Shown: positions 29,703-39,637, counted from the first letter of the stretch. The stretch is 64,000 bases of DNA from an uncultured bacterium (GCA_963813815.1 CAWFAD010000005.1:1-64000), one strand, 5' to 3'. Program-made: numbers and translations. Notes: generated by a model from the sequence alone, not told the origin.

Positions 29703-30845
29703 TCATGCGCCCGCCCCCTCTACCGATCGCGCGTAGACGATCCCCCGCTCGCGAAGCCCCTCGAGCATGAACTCCACGCAGCGCGGCTCCCTGCCGATGA
29801 ATTCGGGCGGATTGACGCCGGGACGGCGAAACATCCCGCGGGCCATCATGCGCACGGCCTGCGTCGCCGTGTAGCCGGTCGTTCGCGCCATCGAATGAAC
29901 GCGCGTGACGGCGTCGTACCGGTCGAGCATGTCGTAGGTGTAGCGAACCGGCGCTCCCCCCTTCGTCCCCTCGGCGATCAGCTTGAAGACGGTGATGTCG
30001 CGATCCCCTTCCCCGAGGGACCACTTCCGAAACAGCAGCTTGGCCGAGAGGTCGATCGGCCGCACGCGCGCTCCGCCGACCTCCACTTCCTCCGAGCCCA
30101 GAAAGCCCGCTTCCCGCAGCACGCTCATCGTTTCGGCGTGGCCTCGATAGCGAAGCGTCTTTTCCTTCATGTTCACGGCCTTGATCGTCCGGGTCAGAGT
30201 GCGCAATCCGTCGGTGTTGAAGGCTTCGAGCGTGCCGATCCCGGGAACGTCGATGAGCTCGCGCTCCGAGAGGGCGGGCCGCACGACGATCTCGCCGTGC
30301 TCAACGAGCCGCGCCGGCCTCAGATACTCCTCGAGCACGTCGACGGGGGAAAACACCGCCCGGTATTCGAACGGCCACTCGCGCACCTCGGGCAATCCCC
30401 CGACGTAGATCGTGAGCGAGCGCATCGTATCGAGAAGCGACTCGACGTGGCCCGAGAGGATGTTCGACATGCCCGGAGCCACGCCGCAATCGACGATCGC
30501 CGTGACGCCGCGCCGCCGAGCCGCCTCGTCGAGCAGGAACGGATCCTCCGCGAAAAAGGCGATGTCGACGACGCTCTTTCCGGCGTCGATCACCGTCTGC
30601 AGCGTTCGAAAGCCCAGGAATCCCGGCACCGCGCTCAGCACGATGTCGCAGTCCGCGACGACGCGGCTCACCGCCCGCGCGTCGGAAAGATCCTCGCAGG
30701 CGGTCCGCACGCCGCACGCCTTCTCGAGCCGGGCGAGCGCCGCCCGATCGATATCGACCGCGCTGACCTCGAATTCGGAATCCCGGGCGAGATCGGCGGC
30801 CATGGGGCCCCCCACGAGACCCGCGCCCAAAACGACGATTTTCAT
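29703..30845 (-). CDS. Saccharopine dehydrogenase-like / lysine 6-dehydrogenase family oxidoreductase
   Basis: GAGLVG Rossmann fold, DCGVAPGMSN, VGGLP, EAFNTDGLRTL, KTLRYRGH and SMARTTGY. Confidence 0.88.
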   Translation of the reverse strand: MKIVVLGAGLVGGPMAADLARDSEFEVSAVDIDRAALARLEKACGVRTACEDLSDARAVSRVVADCDIVLSAVPGFLGFRTLQTVIDAGKSVVDIAFFAEDPFLLDEAARRRGVTAIVDCGVAPGMSNILSGHVESLLDTMRSLTIYVGGLPEVREWPFEYRAVFSPVDVLEEYLRPARLVEHGEIVVRPALSERELIDVPGIGTLEAFNTDGLRTLTRTIKAVNMKEKTLRYRGHAETMSVLREAGFLGSEEVEVGGARVRPIDLSAKLLFRKWSLGEGDRDITVFKLIAEGTKGGAPVRYTYDMLDRYDAVTRVHSMARTTGYTATQAVRMMARGMFRRPGVNPPEFIGREPRCVEFMLEGLRERGIVYARSVEGAGA

Positions 30846-31009
30846 TCGCACCTCGCTTGACGGATGACGAACATGGATGACGACGGATTATCTCGAGCGG
30901 CGGGACCAGGGGATATTATAGGCCGTTGAAGCGGTTGAGGTAGAGCACGAGCTGCATTTCCGTCACGCGGTCCTTTCACCCGGGGCAAGGGCGCCTCCGG
31001 CGGTGATTC

Positions 31010-31039
31010 ATTATGCCTGAACGTCCGGCCCGCTGTCAA
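31010..31039 (-). promoter_or_regulatory. Putative sigma70 promoter of the saccharopine dehydrogenase-like gene
   Basis: TTGACA-N18-CATAAT; a second TATAAT lies at 30915-30920. Confidence 0.5.
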
Positions 31040-31064
31040 GAACGAGCCGGCGGCCCCTTTTCCC

Positions 31065-31093
31065 TTGCACACGGCGCGATTCCAGCATACAAT
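31065..31093 (+). promoter_or_regulatory. Putative sigma70 promoter of the radical SAM-glycosyltransferase pair
   Basis: TTGCAC-N17-TACAAT. Confidence 0.6.
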
Positions 31094-31171
31094 TTGCTAC
31101 TGCTTTGCGCTGCAAGCGCTTTTTCGATTTTTTCGACCCGTTTTCGTCCACGATTCGAGGACGGTCACCCG

Positions 31172-32191
31172 GTGGAATGCGCGATCATAACGACCTACCG
31201 CTGCAACGCACGCTGCCGCATGTGCAACTGCTGGCAGAACCCCTCGAAATCCGCCGAGGAGTTCGATCCCGAGATACTGCGCAAGCTCCCCGGAGGCATG
31301 ACGCGCCTCAACATCACGGGCGGGGAACCGCTTCTCCGGAAGGATCTCATGCGCATCGTCGAGATCCTCGACGCGAAAACGAGGCGTCTCGAGATATCGA
31401 CGAACGGCTACTTCGACGAGAAGATAGAGGAAATCGCGCGCCGCTTCCCGCGGATCACGGTCCGGGTGAGCGTCGAAGGCCTTCCCGCGACGAACGACGA
31501 GCTGCGCGGCATCAAGGACGGCTTCGATCACGCCCTGCGGACAATCCTCCGCCTCAAGCGTCTCGGGATCGAGGATATCGGTTTCGCGATGACCGTCTCC
31601 GGGGAGAACTGCCGCGATCTCCTCGACGTTTACACGCTCGCCGCGTCGCTCGACGTCGAGCTCGCGAACGCCGTCGTTCACAACTCGTTCTACTTTTTCA
31701 AGGACGACAACGCCATCGCGAACCCGGCCGAGGTGGAAGAGGCGATGTGCCGCTTCATGGAGGCCCTGCTTCGCTCGCCCCGCCGCAAGCCCGCGAAAAG
31801 GGTCAAGGACTGGTTTCGCGCGTATCTCAACCTCGGCCTTCTCTCCCACGTGATGGGACGCTCGCGCCCCATCTCCTGCGGCGCGGGAACGGACACCTTC
31901 TTTCTCGATCCATGGGGCCACGTGCTCGCCTGCAACGGCTCCGCGGAACCGTGGATCATGGGCGATCTCAAAACCCAGTCCTTCGACGAGATCTGGAACG
32001 GGCCCGCGGCGCGCGAGATGCGCGCCCGCGTCGCCTCCTGCTCGCGGAACTGCTGGATGACCGGCACGGCCGTCCCCGCCATGCGCCGCCGGATCTGGAT
32101 ACCGGCGCTCTGGGTGGCGAGGGCCAAGCTCCGGCTCTGGACGGGCCGAAACGCCGTCTGCCGCGAAGCGAACCCGGCGGGCGATTCATGA
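31172..32191 (+). CDS. Radical SAM protein with SPASM/twitch domain
   Basis: GTG start after GAGGA; CNARCRMC, TGGEP, STNG; C-terminal CGAG...ACN...CSRNCW. Confidence 0.9.
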   Translation: MECAIITTYRCNARCRMCNCWQNPSKSAEEFDPEILRKLPGGMTRLNITGGEPLLRKDLMRIVEILDAKTRRLEISTNGYFDEKIEEIARRFPRITVRVSVEGLPATNDELRGIKDGFDHALRTILRLKRLGIEDIGFAMTVSGENCRDLLDVYTLAASLDVELANAVVHNSFYFFKDDNAIANPAEVEEAMCRFMEALLRSPRRKPAKRVKDWFRAYLNLGLLSHVMGRSRPISCGAGTDTFFLDPWGHVLACNGSAEPWIMGDLKTQSFDEIWNGPAAREMRARVASCSRNCWMTGTAVPAMRRRIWIPALWVARAKLRLWTGRNAVCREANPAGDS

Positions 32192-33309
32192 ACATCGCGA
32201 TACTCGGGATCAAGGGAGTGCCGGGGCATCACGGCGTCGAGGTCGTCGTCGATTCGCTCATCCCCCATCTCGTCTCTCTCGGACACCGCCTCACGGTGTA
32301 CGGATACGCGAGCTACGCGAAGGATTCGGACGATTACGCGGGGGCCCGCGTGCGGACCGTTCGCGGCATCGATTCGAAGAACCTCGAAATGATCTCCCAC
32401 ATGTGGCTCGCCTCGCTCGCGGCCCGCCGCGAGCGATACGACGTCGTTCACATTCACAGCACCGACCCGTGTCTCCTCGCCTGGCTTCCCGGCCCGCGAC
32501 TGGGGCTCGTCGCCACGTCCCACGGCCAGGCGTACATCCGCAAGAAATGGAGCCGCGCGGCGCGCGTCATGTCGAAAGCCGCCGAGCGCCTCTACATCCG
32601 GATCCCCGACGCCGTGACGTGCGTGTCGCGCCCCCTCTGCGATCTCTATCGCGAGCGGTACCGCCGCGAGGTGCTGTACATACCGAACGGGATCACATTC
32701 CACGAGCCGCCCGACGAATCCTCGCTGGCCTCGTGGAATCTCCCGCCGCGCGGTTATCTCTTCGCCTCGGCGGGACGCATCGAGCGCACGAAGGGGCTCA
32801 GCACGCTCATCGAAGCCTACCGGCTCTCCGGCACGACCCTCCCTCTCGTCATTGCCGGCGGCGGGAGCGCCACCGACACTCGCTATTTCGAGGAGCTCAA
32901 GGCGGCGAAACCCGACGGCGTACGCTTCGTCGGGTTTCTCACCGGAGAGGCGTACCACGCCCTCTACGCCCACGCGCGGGCGTTCATATTTCCCTCCGAA
33001 TACGAGGCGATGTCGATGGCCCTGCTCGAGGGCCTCTCTTTCGGCGTCCCGACCATCTACAGCGACATTCCCGAGAACGAAGCGGTCGCGCGTGGCATCG
33101 GATACGCCTTCGCCGTTTCGAACGCCGCCTCCCTCGCCGAGCGGATCTCCCACGTGATCGATAACGACGCCGAGGCCCGCTCGCTCGCGGCGGCGGCGCG
33201 CGAGACCGTCCGCCGCAACCACGACTGGTCCGCCATCGCCCGGCGATACGACAAGGTGTATCGCTCGGTCGCGGAGGGTCGGACCGCGCGCCCGATCGTT
33301 TCCCGCTGA
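32188..33309 (+). CDS. Glycosyltransferase family 4
   Basis: MNIAILGIKGVP, GRIERTKG, FPSEYEAMSMALLEGLSFG and SDIPEN; ATGA coupling to the upstream gene. Confidence 0.92.
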   Translation: MNIAILGIKGVPGHHGVEVVVDSLIPHLVSLGHRLTVYGYASYAKDSDDYAGARVRTVRGIDSKNLEMISHMWLASLAARRERYDVVHIHSTDPCLLAWLPGPRLGLVATSHGQAYIRKKWSRAARVMSKAAERLYIRIPDAVTCVSRPLCDLYRERYRREVLYIPNGITFHEPPDESSLASWNLPPRGYLFASAGRIERTKGLSTLIEAYRLSGTTLPLVIAGGGSATDTRYFEELKAAKPDGVRFVGFLTGEAYHALYAHARAFIFPSEYEAMSMALLEGLSFGVPTIYSDIPENEAVARGIGYAFAVSNAASLAERISHVIDNDAEARSLAAAARETVRRNHDWSAIARRYDKVYRSVAEGRTARPIVSR

Positions 33310-33347
33310 TCGTCGATGAATTGCGCGCGAGGAGAAGCGGCGGCCGC

Positions 33348-33881
33348 CTAGCGCTTGAAGATCAGAATCTCGCTCAATGGGCGGCGGGATTTTTCCGGGG
33401 GGTTTTCATCCGGATAGCCGAGCGTGATGAGGGCCGGCACGTCGTAGGCGGCCGGGATGCCGAGAACCTTTCGAACGGCCTTCTTGTCGAACCACCCGAT
33501 CCAGCAGGTGCCGAGCCCGAGCTCCGTCGCTCGAAGCACGAAATGCTCCCCCGCTATGCCCGCGTCGAGCACGTGATAATCGATCCCCTTGATGCGCCCG
33601 CCGAGTCGATTCGTGACGACACCGAGCTTCATGGCGATCGCGATGATCACCGGAGCGCCGGCCGCGAATTTGTTCGGGACGATCCCGCCGAGACATTCAT
33701 CGGCGACCCTTCCGGCGAGCCCTCCCTCGGCGACATAGAACCGCCAGCCCTGCGTGTTCGACGCGGTCGGGGCGTAGCGGGCGGCATCCACGCATGATTC
33801 GACGAGCTCCCGCGGCACCGGATCGCTCCGGTACCTGCGAACGCTGCGCCGAGCCTCAACGAGTCGGGTAAATGATTCCAT
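33348..33881 (-). CDS. Nitroreductase family protein
   Basis: RRSVRRY, APTASNTQGW, ELGLGTCWIG and ITLGYP. Confidence 0.92.
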   Translation of the reverse strand: MESFTRLVEARRSVRRYRSDPVPRELVESCVDAARYAPTASNTQGWRFYVAEGGLAGRVADECLGGIVPNKFAAGAPVIIAIAMKLGVVTNRLGGRIKGIDYHVLDAGIAGEHFVLRATELGLGTCWIGWFDKKAVRKVLGIPAAYDVPALITLGYPDENPPEKSRRPLSEILIFKR

Positions 33882-33894
33882 ATTTCTTTCTTGC

Positions 33895-33923
33895 AGTATG
33901 TTAGAACGTTTATCTAATGTCAC
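33895..33923 (-). promoter_or_regulatory. Promoter with operator-like inverted repeat upstream of the nitroreductase
   Basis: GTGACA-N17-CATACT, whose spacer is TTAGA-N7-TCTAA (33901-33917). Confidence 0.5.
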
Positions 33924-35332
33924 TTCGAGGCGTCGAAGGCCCTCTTGCGCGCATCGAAGGCGTCCTTGCCGGCCAGCAGGGCCGCGGCCACCGGAAGCCT
34001 GCGGGAGGCGATTCGGCACATCTCGTCCGCGATCTCTCGAATCTCCCACTGCGCCGCCCCGTCGCATCGCAGGCGGGAAAAATGGTAGAGCTCGCGGAGG
34101 TTGCAGGCGAAGAGAACGCGCCGCCGGTGCGCGTTCGTGAGGACGTAGAGCGCGGCCATGCCGAGAGCCCTATGGTGCAGGCGATAGAATTTTTCGGCCG
34201 CCTTCGTCCCCGCGCGAAGCATCCCCGCCGCGCCCGCCGCCCTTACCCTCGACGGCGCGGATACGCCGAGCGAGATATCGTAATCCTGCGGCAAGAGCGC
34301 GGCCATGCGGTGCCGCTTGAGCTGAGCGTAGCACGAAGCCGACACGACGAGATCGAAGATGAGCTCGACGCATTCGAACTCGCGCCAGACGGCGTCATGG
34401 GGCCCGAGACGGCGCATGGTCGTTCGTATGACGCACGCGATCGACCGGGCCGGGAGGCGCCCCGCCGCGCTCTCCGCCTCCGCCATCGACAAGCCGCCGG
34501 CCGAATAGAGAAGACACGCCGCAAGCTTTCTCTCGGCGCCGGGGGTCATCGACGCGAGCGCGACCCGCCCGGCCTCGGCGCGCCGGACGCCGCGGCGGCG
34601 CCTCGCGATCGCGGCGATCTCGCGCCGCGCATCGGGCATTTCCCGGCAATGCTCCGTGGGCGCCGGATAGCGGATGAGCGAGGGAACGATCGGCTTCGAC
34701 ACCCGGAAGAGCCCGCGCGACAGGGTGCGAAGCTCCGCGAGAGGGTGCGCCGCGAGCCGCATGATCACGTACTCGAGCTCTCGCGCGTTCACCGTCATGC
34801 CGAGCTGCGTCGAGGTCGCGAGCGGCATGAGGTAGCGCGCGTCCTCTTTCGCGGCGCCCTCCTCGACTCCGGCGGAGGCGATCCGCCGGTACGTCTCTTC
34901 GTACCGCTCGTGGAGCCCCCGGACGACGGAGCGAAACTCCCGCGCGAGCCCCGCCGCGCGTATCTCGGGGGGCAGAACGAGATCGCGCCCGAGGCGGATG
35001 TATCGCTGCGATTTTTCGGTGAAGGAAGCGAGACGAAAACGCTCGATCTCTTCGACGGCGAGACGCGAGATCCCCGTGACGTCGAAGTTGAGAACGGCGT
35101 GCTCGGCGACGGAGGCGTGGCCGAGCCCGAAGACGATGCGCTCGTTCGAGCGCCGGGCCTTGGCCACGTCGCGCATCGCCTCGGCCCGCAGCGCGCCGAC
35201 GGGGCGCGCGTCGCGGCTGATGCGGGCGTAGGAGGCGGAAAGCACCTCCGGAGTCACGCCCTCCCCCTCGCGTCGCCGCGCGCGGTCGAGGATCGAGGAG
35301 TCGACGTTGTAACCGGCGAGAACCACCTTCAT
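33920..35332 (-). CDS. thyX: FAD-dependent thymidylate synthase with two tandem Thy1 domains
   Basis: YARISR, GHASVAEHA, RLASFTEKSQRY, EDARYLMP and NAREL; second domain REFE..., QLKRHR, NLRELYHF..LR...AQWEIR. Confidence 0.85.
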   Translation of the reverse strand: MKVVLAGYNVDSSILDRARRREGEGVTPEVLSASYARISRDARPVGALRAEAMRDVAKARRSNERIVFGLGHASVAEHAVLNFDVTGISRLAVEEIERFRLASFTEKSQRYIRLGRDLVLPPEIRAAGLAREFRSVVRGLHERYEETYRRIASAGVEEGAAKEDARYLMPLATSTQLGMTVNARELEYVIMRLAAHPLAELRTLSRGLFRVSKPIVPSLIRYPAPTEHCREMPDARREIAAIARRRRGVRRAEAGRVALASMTPGAERKLAACLLYSAGGLSMAEAESAAGRLPARSIACVIRTTMRRLGPHDAVWREFECVELIFDLVVSASCYAQLKRHRMAALLPQDYDISLGVSAPSRVRAAGAAGMLRAGTKAAEKFYRLHHRALGMAALYVLTNAHRRRVLFACNLRELYHFSRLRCDGAAQWEIREIADEMCRIASRRLPVAAALLAGKDAFDARKRAFDASK

Positions 35333-35345
35333 GGCCGGCCCCCGA

Positions 35346-38300
35346 TCAAAAACTGAAGAGCACGCTCCCGAACCATTTCCATTGCTTCCCCTCGTAGACC
35401 GTCGTGAACTCGTACGGTTTCGTATACACGATCTCGTCGATCCCATAGGCGCCCTCGAGCTCGAGCGCGATGGGGTAGCTGTGAAAGGTGAATCCCTTGA
35501 GCCGCAGCTCGAACCCCGCGTCGCGCTTCAGACGATCCACGTCGAAGGCGTCTCCGACCCACGCGTCCCCCGCCTCGAAAAAGGCGCCCGCGTAGAGCGA
35601 ACCGAGATAGAGGGGCGACACCTGCCGGTCGATGCCGCGCCAGACGGGGAATCGGTAGGTGAGGCGCGCCATGGCGATCCTCTCTCCTCCGAGACTGTAG
35701 TAGGTGTACCCGCGGAGCCCCTCGGCGCTCCCGGCATAAAGATAAAAGAAATCGTCAATCCGGTCGCTGCTTTCGAGGGCGGCGCCCCGCAGGCGCAGCG
35801 ACAGCGCATGACGCCAGAAGGGGAGCGGCAAGTGCTCCTCGTACTGCATCTGAAAACGCCAGAAGTCGTTCGTATCGTAGCTCGGCATGAAGCCGTACTC
35901 GAACCCCGCCTCCAGCTTGTCCCACGCCCGCGTAATCTCGAGGTCGACGCTTCGCCCGCCGCGGGGATTGATGTCCGCGTCCACCTCGCGCCGTATCCCC
36001 CGGTAATGGTAGAGAAGCGACGCCTCGTCCGCTTTAAAGTAGTTCCATCCCCCTTCCCCCTTGAACTCGCGCTGATCGAGAAGCGCCCAGAGCTCGATAT
36101 TGACACCGTACTCCCCGTGGTTGTACTGGAGCACGGCCTCGTTCCGGGCAAAAGGCGTCGTCGGTCTGAACTCCAGCCCGCAGGTGAAATACGCGTCCCA
36201 GAGATCGTAGCGGATGTCGAAATCGACCGCCGATTCGACGCCGGGATCGATCTCGGGGTCGAGCTCGATATTGTCGCGGTAGCTGTAGTATTTCCGGATC
36301 CGGTAGAGCTCGAACCCGAAGGTCGGCTTGAACTGCCGGGTGGCGATCGACAGGTTGAAATCGAAATCGCCGTTCGTCCCGTACGTGAAGCCGCCGAACA
36401 CCGTCTGCCGGTCGAGAAGGTCTCCCGAATCGACGAACGCGCCCGCGCGGAACACCCCGTCGTAGATCATGACGCGCGGATAGACGAAAAGCCTCGTGAA
36501 GGTGATTCCGAAAGGCGTGGAATCGGCCGCGGTGCGACCGTCTGCCCCCTCCGGGGTCGAGGCGATCGCGAGACGCGCGCTCATGAGCGCCTCCGCTTCG
36601 TCCCCGGGAACCGCTCCCGCCGCCCCCGAGCGCCAGTCGGCGAGCCGGAATATCTGGAATCCCGCCTCCCCGTATCCGGAATAGACGAGACCCTTCCCGC
36701 AGGGCGCGGGGCCGAAGGCGCCTCCGACGACGTTCGTCACCATGAGATCGGTCGAATCCGCCGCCCCGCGGAAATAGACGTTGAAAATGCCCGTCCGATC
36801 GCTCGCGTAGAAAAATCCGTCGCCGCCGACGTTCCACCGCGGATCGCGCTCGTCGGCCGCCCCCGCCACGAGCGGCGACTCCGCGCCGGTCGCGGGGTCG
36901 ACGAGAACGATGTCGCGGCTCGAGCCGTCGAAACGCGCCGCGAGGATGCCCCCCTCTCCCCACGAGAGGGACGAGTACTCTCTCCCGTGCGCCGCCGGCG
37001 TGAGGAGCCGGTGTGCGCCCGTCGCCGCGGCGACCACGGCAATGCGGTGCGATCCCGTTTCGGTGACGACACAGGCTATGCTCGCGCCGTCGGGCGACCA
37101 GGCAGGATACGAGGCGCGAAGCCCCCTCGTGAGCCTGCGCTCCTTCCCGGAGGCGACGTCGAGGACGAAGAGATCGCTCCGCAGGTAGCCGCGCTCGTTC
37201 TTCCGGGTGGTTCTCGGAAAACAGATCCGAGCGCCCTCGGGGCTCACATCCGCGCGCGCGCCGGCGTCGGCGACGACCGTTTTCTCCGCGCCGTCGGCTC
37301 CCCGCCGAACGATATCGAGGCTCATGTAGTCGCGGCCCCTGTTCGAAAGATACCAAACGCCCCCGTCCGGATCGACCGCGGGAAACAGGTTGAGAAATCC
37401 CTTTCCCGCGATCCGCTCCCCGGCCGTCTCCCGCGAGCGCACCCGCGCGGCGGCGGGATCGTAAACCGCTCGAAGATCCTCCAGCCAGAGGCGGTAGAGC
37501 TCCTTCGCTCCGACACCGAGCGCCTTCTCGCACGCACCGCCGATACCCCACGTTCGCGTGCCGGAATACGCCGTCGCCAGCGCGCAGAGCTTCTCCGGGC
37601 CGAAACGCTCCGCCATGAAGCGGACGAGCGAATACCCCTGATTATAGACGAGCTCGGACCGGCGGCTGTCCTTGCCGAAGACCCCCATCTCGTCGAGCGT
37701 GAGCAATCCGCCCGAGAGATACGCCGAGCGCAGCAGCATATCCCGGTGCGAGTCCCAAAAATCGTGACGCGCCTTGCCGCATTGATACTGGGCCATGCCC
37801 TCGGCGAGCCAGTTCGGCGCCGTCTCGCCCGGGATCGGAACGGATACCATGAGGTTCGGATACCCCGTGAGAACGTCCGGCCGCTTTTCCTTTTCGAAAT
37901 CGATCGTCTGGAAATAACCCGAGGGCAGCCAGATGGGAAACTTCATCGTCTTTTGCAGCGAAACGAGGTGCGTGAACTCGTGGGCGACGACGTTCTCGAT
38001 CCACGCCGCCGAACCGCGGAACCAGAAGTCGTAGGGAGCCACGCTGATGTCGACCCGGTTGAGATAGTAATAGGTGGTGCCCTGCGCGTCATCCTCGAGA
38101 TCGGAGATGTTGATAAAGATCCGGGGGTCCGGCTCGTATCCGTAGAGCGCGGTGATGGGGCCGTATATCGATTCGGCGATTTCCGCCACGCGCGCCGCAT
38201 GCCATTCGAGGCCGGGATGATACTGAACGCTGAAATGCTCCGTTTGAATCGTCAGCCAGCGAATCTCGGAGTGGTTCCAGGCGAGCGTTCGCGCGGGAGC

Positions 38301-38363
38301 GAGCTGCGCCGCGATCATAACGGCCCCGAGCAATCCGACGCGTACCGAATGCTTCAAACCCAT
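35346..38363 (-). CDS. Outer-membrane protein: HExxH peptidase-like domain + TolB/PD40 propeller + Omp85-like barrel
   Basis: Signal peptide; AHEFTH...WLAEGMAQY; PAWSPDG, DPRW and FYASDRTG repeats; LRGY barrel motif; terminal Phe. Confidence 0.75.
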   Translation of the reverse strand: MGLKHSVRVGLLGAVMIAAQLAPARTLAWNHSEIRWLTIQTEHFSVQYHPGLEWHAARVAEIAESIYGPITALYGYEPDPRIFINISDLEDDAQGTTYYYLNRVDISVAPYDFWFRGSAAWIENVVAHEFTHLVSLQKTMKFPIWLPSGYFQTIDFEKEKRPDVLTGYPNLMVSVPIPGETAPNWLAEGMAQYQCGKARHDFWDSHRDMLLRSAYLSGGLLTLDEMGVFGKDSRRSELVYNQGYSLVRFMAERFGPEKLCALATAYSGTRTWGIGGACEKALGVGAKELYRLWLEDLRAVYDPAAARVRSRETAGERIAGKGFLNLFPAVDPDGGVWYLSNRGRDYMSLDIVRRGADGAEKTVVADAGARADVSPEGARICFPRTTRKNERGYLRSDLFVLDVASGKERRLTRGLRASYPAWSPDGASIACVVTETGSHRIAVVAAATGAHRLLTPAAHGREYSSLSWGEGGILAARFDGSSRDIVLVDPATGAESPLVAGAADERDPRWNVGGDGFFYASDRTGIFNVYFRGAADSTDLMVTNVVGGAFGPAPCGKGLVYSGYGEAGFQIFRLADWRSGAAGAVPGDEAEALMSARLAIASTPEGADGRTAADSTPFGITFTRLFVYPRVMIYDGVFRAGAFVDSGDLLDRQTVFGGFTYGTNGDFDFNLSIATRQFKPTFGFELYRIRKYYSYRDNIELDPEIDPGVESAVDFDIRYDLWDAYFTCGLEFRPTTPFARNEAVLQYNHGEYGVNIELWALLDQREFKGEGGWNYFKADEASLLYHYRGIRREVDADINPRGGRSVDLEITRAWDKLEAGFEYGFMPSYDTNDFWRFQMQYEEHLPLPFWRHALSLRLRGAALESSDRIDDFFYLYAGSAEGLRGYTYYSLGGERIAMARLTYRFPVWRGIDRQVSPLYLGSLYAGAFFEAGDAWVGDAFDVDRLKRDAGFELRLKGFTFHSYPIALELEGAYGIDEIVYTKPYEFTTVYEGKQWKWFGSVLFSF

Positions 38364-38533
38364 TCTCTCAACCTCGCCCCGAGCTCTTGTGCAGGGGTGA
38401 CGCCCGCCCGCAGGCATCCCGGATGGAAAGCGGCGCACTTCCGACGCGAGAAATATAGCTCATCGCCATCCGCTCTTCCGCCATTATTTTGATCGCCCCC
38501 CCCCGGGGACGCGCGCGCCCCGCCCCCGCTCTC

Positions 38534-39637
38534 TCACCGATCCGTCCGGCGGTAGGCGAACCGCGCCCGGCAGGTGCCCTCGCTCGAAACCATGCACGGC
38601 CCGAAGGGATCCTTCGGCGTGCAGGAGCGGCCGAAGAGGCCGCATTCCTCGGGCTCGATCTCTCCGAGCATGACGCGATGGCATTGGCAGCCCGGACGGA
38701 CGTCGACCGCCTCGCCCTCCGTCGAAAGGCCGAGAGAGCGGACGGCGTCGAGATGCCCGTACTCCTCCCGCAGCGCGAGACCGGACGCCGGAATGACGCC
38801 GATGCCCCGCCACGTCGCGTCCGCAGGGGCGAAACAGCGGTCGATCGTCCCGCGCGCCCTCGGGTTCCCCTCGTCGCGAACCGCCCGCCGGTACTCGTTC
38901 AACACCTCCGGCCTCCCGCCTTCGGCTATCCGCGCGAGGAGCGCGTGCACCCCCCGCAGGATATCCACGGGCTCGAAACCGGCGATGACCGACGGAACGC
39001 CGAACTCCTCATCGAGAAAGCGGTAGCCGCTGCGTCCTATGATGACGCTCACGTGGCCCGGAAGGACGAACCCGTCGATCCTCCCCGGCCCGCGCGCGAG
39101 AAGGAAGCGCAGCGCCGGAGGAATCACGCGAAGGGACGGAATGATGAAGAAATTCCGAGGAGGATCCGCCGCCAGCGCCGCGGCGATCGGCGCCGCGGTC
39201 GTCTCGAAGCCGACGGCCATGAGCACGACGGACGCGCCGGGACGCTCGCGCGCAATCGCGATCGCGTCGGACGGCGAATAAACGACCCGGACGTCGGCTC
39301 CCTCGGCGCGCGCCCGCTCGAGGGAGCCCTCCGTCGCCGGAACGCGCATCATGTCGCCGAAGGTCGCGAGAACGGTGTTCTCGCGGCGCGCCGCAGCCAT
39401 CGCGCGATCGACGTCGCGCGCCGGACACACGCAGACGGGGCAACCCGGTCCCGCGATGAGGCGCACGCCGCCGGGCAGGAGCGAGCGGATGCCGGCGCGC
39501 GCGATGGCGTGCTCGTGCGTGCCGCACACGTGCATGAGGGTGATCGCGCGGTCGACACGGAGCGCCCCTATGGCGCGGGCGATCGCGGCCACCGCCTCCG
39601 GGGAGCTCCATCCGTCGATCGCGCGCGGATCGATCAC
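38534..39637 (-). CDS. hypD: Hydrogenase maturation protein HypD
   Basis: MHVCGTHE, GPGCPVC, GFETT, PGHVS and GPCMVSSEGTC. Confidence 0.97.
   Translation of the reverse strand: MIDPRAIDGWSSPEAVAAIARAIGALRVDRAITLMHVCGTHEHAIARAGIRSLLPGGVRLIAGPGCPVCVCPARDVDRAMAAARRENTVLATFGDMMRVPATEGSLERARAEGADVRVVYSPSDAIAIARERPGASVVLMAVGFETTAAPIAAALAADPPRNFFIIPSLRVIPPALRFLLARGPGRIDGFVLPGHVSVIIGRSGYRFLDEEFGVPSVIAGFEPVDILRGVHALLARIAEGGRPEVLNEYRRAVRDEGNPRARGTIDRCFAPADATWRGIGVIPASGLALREEYGHLDAVRSLGLSTEGEAVDVRPGCQCHRVMLGEIEPEECGLFGRSCTPKDPFGPCMVSSEGTCRARFAYRRTDR

Noticed and set aside
30846..31005. Lysine riboswitch upstream of the saccharopine dehydrogenase-like gene
   Set aside because: Only fragments resemble the consensus (GGAGGCGC, GAAAGG); spacing and the remaining conserved elements do not fit. 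A cmscan would settle it.
35331..38492. Long antisense or alternative-frame ORFs (e.g. 35331..38492 +, 10841..13306 +, 21224..23452 +, 27691..29664 +)
   Set aside because: They are shadow ORFs of high-GC coding sequence opposite recognisable genes, Arg/Pro-rich and without motifs.
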